This document shows, piece by piece, positions 61,277 to 64,000 of a stretch of 64,000 nt of DNA. The first letter of the stretch is position 1, and every line of letters starts with the position of its first letter. The position numbers were made by a program, and so were the translations under genes. Origin of the DNA: Scyliorhinus canicula (taxonomy: Eukaryota); the NCBI RefSeq assembly GCF_902713615.1, contig NC_052155.1, positions 117,143,031-117,207,030 of the forward strand, given 5' to 3'. The notes beneath the pieces were generated by a model that saw only the letters and a program-made list of their open reading frames with translations, made no database searches and was not told the origin of the DNA.

Positions 61277-61810
61277 GAGCCGGGATTCTCCGAGCCTCTG
61301 CACCGAAATGGCGCTTGGCGGCGGGTGGAGAATGGGGTCTCAGACCCACGATCGGGTCTGACACCGGGATGCAATTCTCCAGCGATTGGAGAATCGGCAC
61401 CAGTCGCACTTGTGCAGCCTACGCGTCGCCGGTCGGGGGCCGTTGAAAGCGGCCCCGTGGCGATTCTCCGTGGTTGACCGGCCAAGTTCCTGCCGGCGTG
61501 GTTCACATATGATTCCACCCAGCGTGAGCTCGGCGTCACGGCTGCGGTGGCCGTCCTGTTGGTGGTGGGGAGGGAGTGGGGGGGGGGTTGGGCCTCCACA
61601 ATGGCCAGGCCCGCGTTGGGGGCATGCACGGATGATCTGGGGGAGGGGCTACCTTCTTCTGCGCCGGCCTGCTGTGTGGCTCCGCATGTTGTGCGGCACC
61701 AGAGCAGAAACGGCCGCTGCGTGCATGCGCGGACCCGCGGCCAGCAGTGCAGGGCCGTATACAGCAGCTGGAGCAGCGCGGAGCACTCCGGCGCTGTGCT
61801 GGCCCCTGTG
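61277..61810. mobile_element. Truncated Harbinger-type MITE
   Basis: Starts agccgggattctccga; GC-rich body like other copies. Confidence 0.6.
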
Positions 61811-62075
61811 AGCCAGGGTCCGATTCTCGGTTTGGGTCACTGTCTGTGCGGAGTCTGCACGTTCTCGCTGTGTCTGCGTGGGTTTCCTCCAGGTGCTCCG
61901 GATTCCTTCCACAAGTCCTGAAAGATGTGCTGTTAGATAATTTGGACTTTCTGAGTTCTCCCTCTGTGTACCCGAACAGGCGCTGTTATGGGGGGACTCG
62001 GAGCTTTTCGCAGTAACCTCACTGCTGTGTTAATGTAAGCCTACTGGTGACAATGATAAAGATTACTATTATTAT
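61811..62075 (+). mobile_element. V-SINE with Rex/Babar-like tail
   Basis: V-core and tail gtaagcctactggtgacaatgataaag. Confidence 0.85.
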
Positions 62076-62510
62076 GTGAGTAATCTCAGCTTTGTACTTT
62101 TTATATTAGGGTTAAGATGATTCTAAAAGTAGTGCATACTGGGCTTTGTGAATTATTTGGTGATGTAGGGATTGTTACATTGCAAAACCATTATTTGAAA
62201 ACATTCACAATTTATAGATCAGTAACAAATGTTTTCCCAAAAACAGTCAAAGTTGCTGTGGTACAGTTGAGAAAACCTGTGATTTCAATGGTAGACGATT
62301 GTCATAAAGCCAATGAGATGACATAAGGAATTTAAGAAGTTATTTTTATTGACTTATGAGCAGCAACATTTTCCAAACATGGCGGCAAATGTTTAATACA
62401 TTTTGTGAATATGTTAATGAGATACAGCAGGGTAAACCTGCAATGCAACTGAGGCTTAATGTGAAGGCCTTTCACTTCACAACATGACACTTGCTGCAAC
62501 CTGACATCTG

Positions 62511-63241
62511 GGTCGGAATCTTCCGACCTCCCGCAGGGTCGGGGAATCGCCAGGGGCAGGCGTAAATCCCGCCCCCGCCGTGGCCGGAATTCTCCGCCAC
62601 CTGGGAATCGGCAGGAGCGGGAAACACGCCCCGCTGATCGGCATGCACCCCGCGGCGATCGGCGTGCCCCCCACGGCGACGCGTGCACACCGTGGCGATT
62701 CACTGGCCCACAATGGGCCGAAGTCCCGCCGCTGACAGGCCAATCCCGCCGACTTGGTTTAAACCACCTCTGTGCCGGCAGGACTGGTGGCGCGAGCGGG
62801 ACCCCGGGGTTCTGGGGGGGGGGGGGAGGCACGGGGCTATTGGACCTCGGGGGGTGCCCCCACGGTGGCCTGGCCCGCGATCGGGGCCCACCGATCGGCA
62901 GGCGGGCCTGTGCTGGGGGAGCACTCTTTTTCTTCCGCCGCCGCCACATCCTCCACCATGGCGAAGGCGGAAGGGACCCCCTCCACCGCGCATGCGCCAG
63001 TGGTGACGTCAGCAGCCGCTGACGCTCCGGCGCATGCGCGGACTGGCGAAGGCATATCGGCCAGCCCCGACGCCGGGCAACGTAGCGCCAAAGGCCATTG
63101 GCGCCATCGGCGGAGCGGGAGCCACTCCGGCGCAGGCCCCGGAGAATTCCGCACCTTTGGGGAGGCCTGATGCTGGAGTGGTTGGCGCCAGTCCCCTGCG
63201 TCGGGACCCCCCGCCCCGCCGGGTAGGGGAGAATTTCGCCC
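62511..63241. mobile_element. Harbinger-type MITE
   Basis: Ends ggtcggaatcttcc / ggagaatttcgccc with ctg TSD. Confidence 0.8.
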
Positions 63242-63422
63242 CTGATCAGAACATGAATCCAGAGTGAAGCAGACTGATACTTCATAGAGGAGAAAGCTCG
63301 GAATTGCTTCACAGCCAATTATGGCCAGACACTCCATTTACAATCTCCAAGTTGCTTGGTACCAATATTAAAGCTGCATAAATGAAGAGATTCCAAGCAA
63401 GGACACAAAAACATAAATATAG

Positions 63423-63735
63423 TGATGCGACCATCAATTCACTCAAAGACACGAGTAGAAGTAAACCGAGGTTTTAATCAGCTTAGAACAGTGCCTGCCT
63501 GCGACTGGTACAATACTGTGACCCGCCTACAGGTCAACTGCTCTTTATACTTCCTTTCAAGGGGAGGAGCCATGGGCGGAGCCCGTACATGCCCCAACAT
63601 ATCCCCCTGTAGATGAAGCCACACAATGGCCCATATGTGGAGCCCACAAGGTCAACAACATAACATAGCTGTAACACAATGGCAGAACATGATACTAATA
63701 CACTGGTGAATTACTAGTACTATACACTCACCACA
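63423..63735 (-). mobile_element. Solo LTR (313 bp)
   Basis: TG...CA ends, 5-bp TSD tatag on both sides, minus-strand TATAAA and ATTAAA. Confidence 0.85.
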
Positions 63736-64000
63736 TATAGCAATGTATCAGACCAGACTATTCTGGTCCACTTGGCTGGTTCCAATGCCGAATAGGTCCC
63801 TTATATTCTTTATCAATGTTTTACTTACCTAACTCTTGAAATACTAATTATAAATGGGAGACCTGGTGCTCGTTTTACAGTGGGAGGCAGGATAAGGTTA
63901 GCTTAGAAAAATAATGCATTCCAGCTTCCTTTATATACTTCGATTTTCACTATTTGTATCTTTGGCAGTCTCTCAAAAACAGCTCAGACGTGTACTTTTC

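Noticed and set aside
62332-63337. 328-aa and overlapping ORFs
   Set aside because: GC-rich MITE; no recognisable domain; ORFs in many frames.
1-64000. Other JPH1 exons (MORN-repeat exon, long divergent exon, transmembrane exon)
   Set aside because: No matching peptide in the ORF track or by eye; presumably outside the window, though a very short exon could be missed.

Overview
Vertebrate genomic DNA, very probably from a shark (V-SINE/HE1-like SINEs, SacSINE1-like remnants, shark-type CR1s; inferred, not database-checked). The whole window appears to lie inside the junctophilin-1 (JPH1) gene on the minus strand. Only one 119-bp JPH1 coding exon (30464-30582, equivalent to exon 3) is present, flanked by two introns of more than 30 kb each. 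The introns are packed with nested transposable elements: a near full-length CR1 LINE, two Gypsy LTR elements, solo LTRs, L1, RTE and Rex1/Babar LINE fragments, hAT and PIF/Harbinger MITEs, Harbinger Myb/SANT gene remnants, many SINEs, and a Penelope-type insertion with a hammerhead ribozyme core. A dead granzyme A/K-like protease gene lies antisense inside the intron; it keeps a first-intron acceptor but has no internal introns. Best leads: (1) a U_UUA_AAC -1 slippery heptamer plus TAATG overlap at the CR1 ORF1/ORF2 junction; (2) the semi-processed nested granzyme; (3) a minimal hammerhead on the JPH1 sense strand; (4) one SINE head with three tails, each matching a different LINE in the window; (5) inverted SINEs bracketing the JPH1 exon. 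There is one assembly gap of 145 N. Ends of old repeats are approximate.
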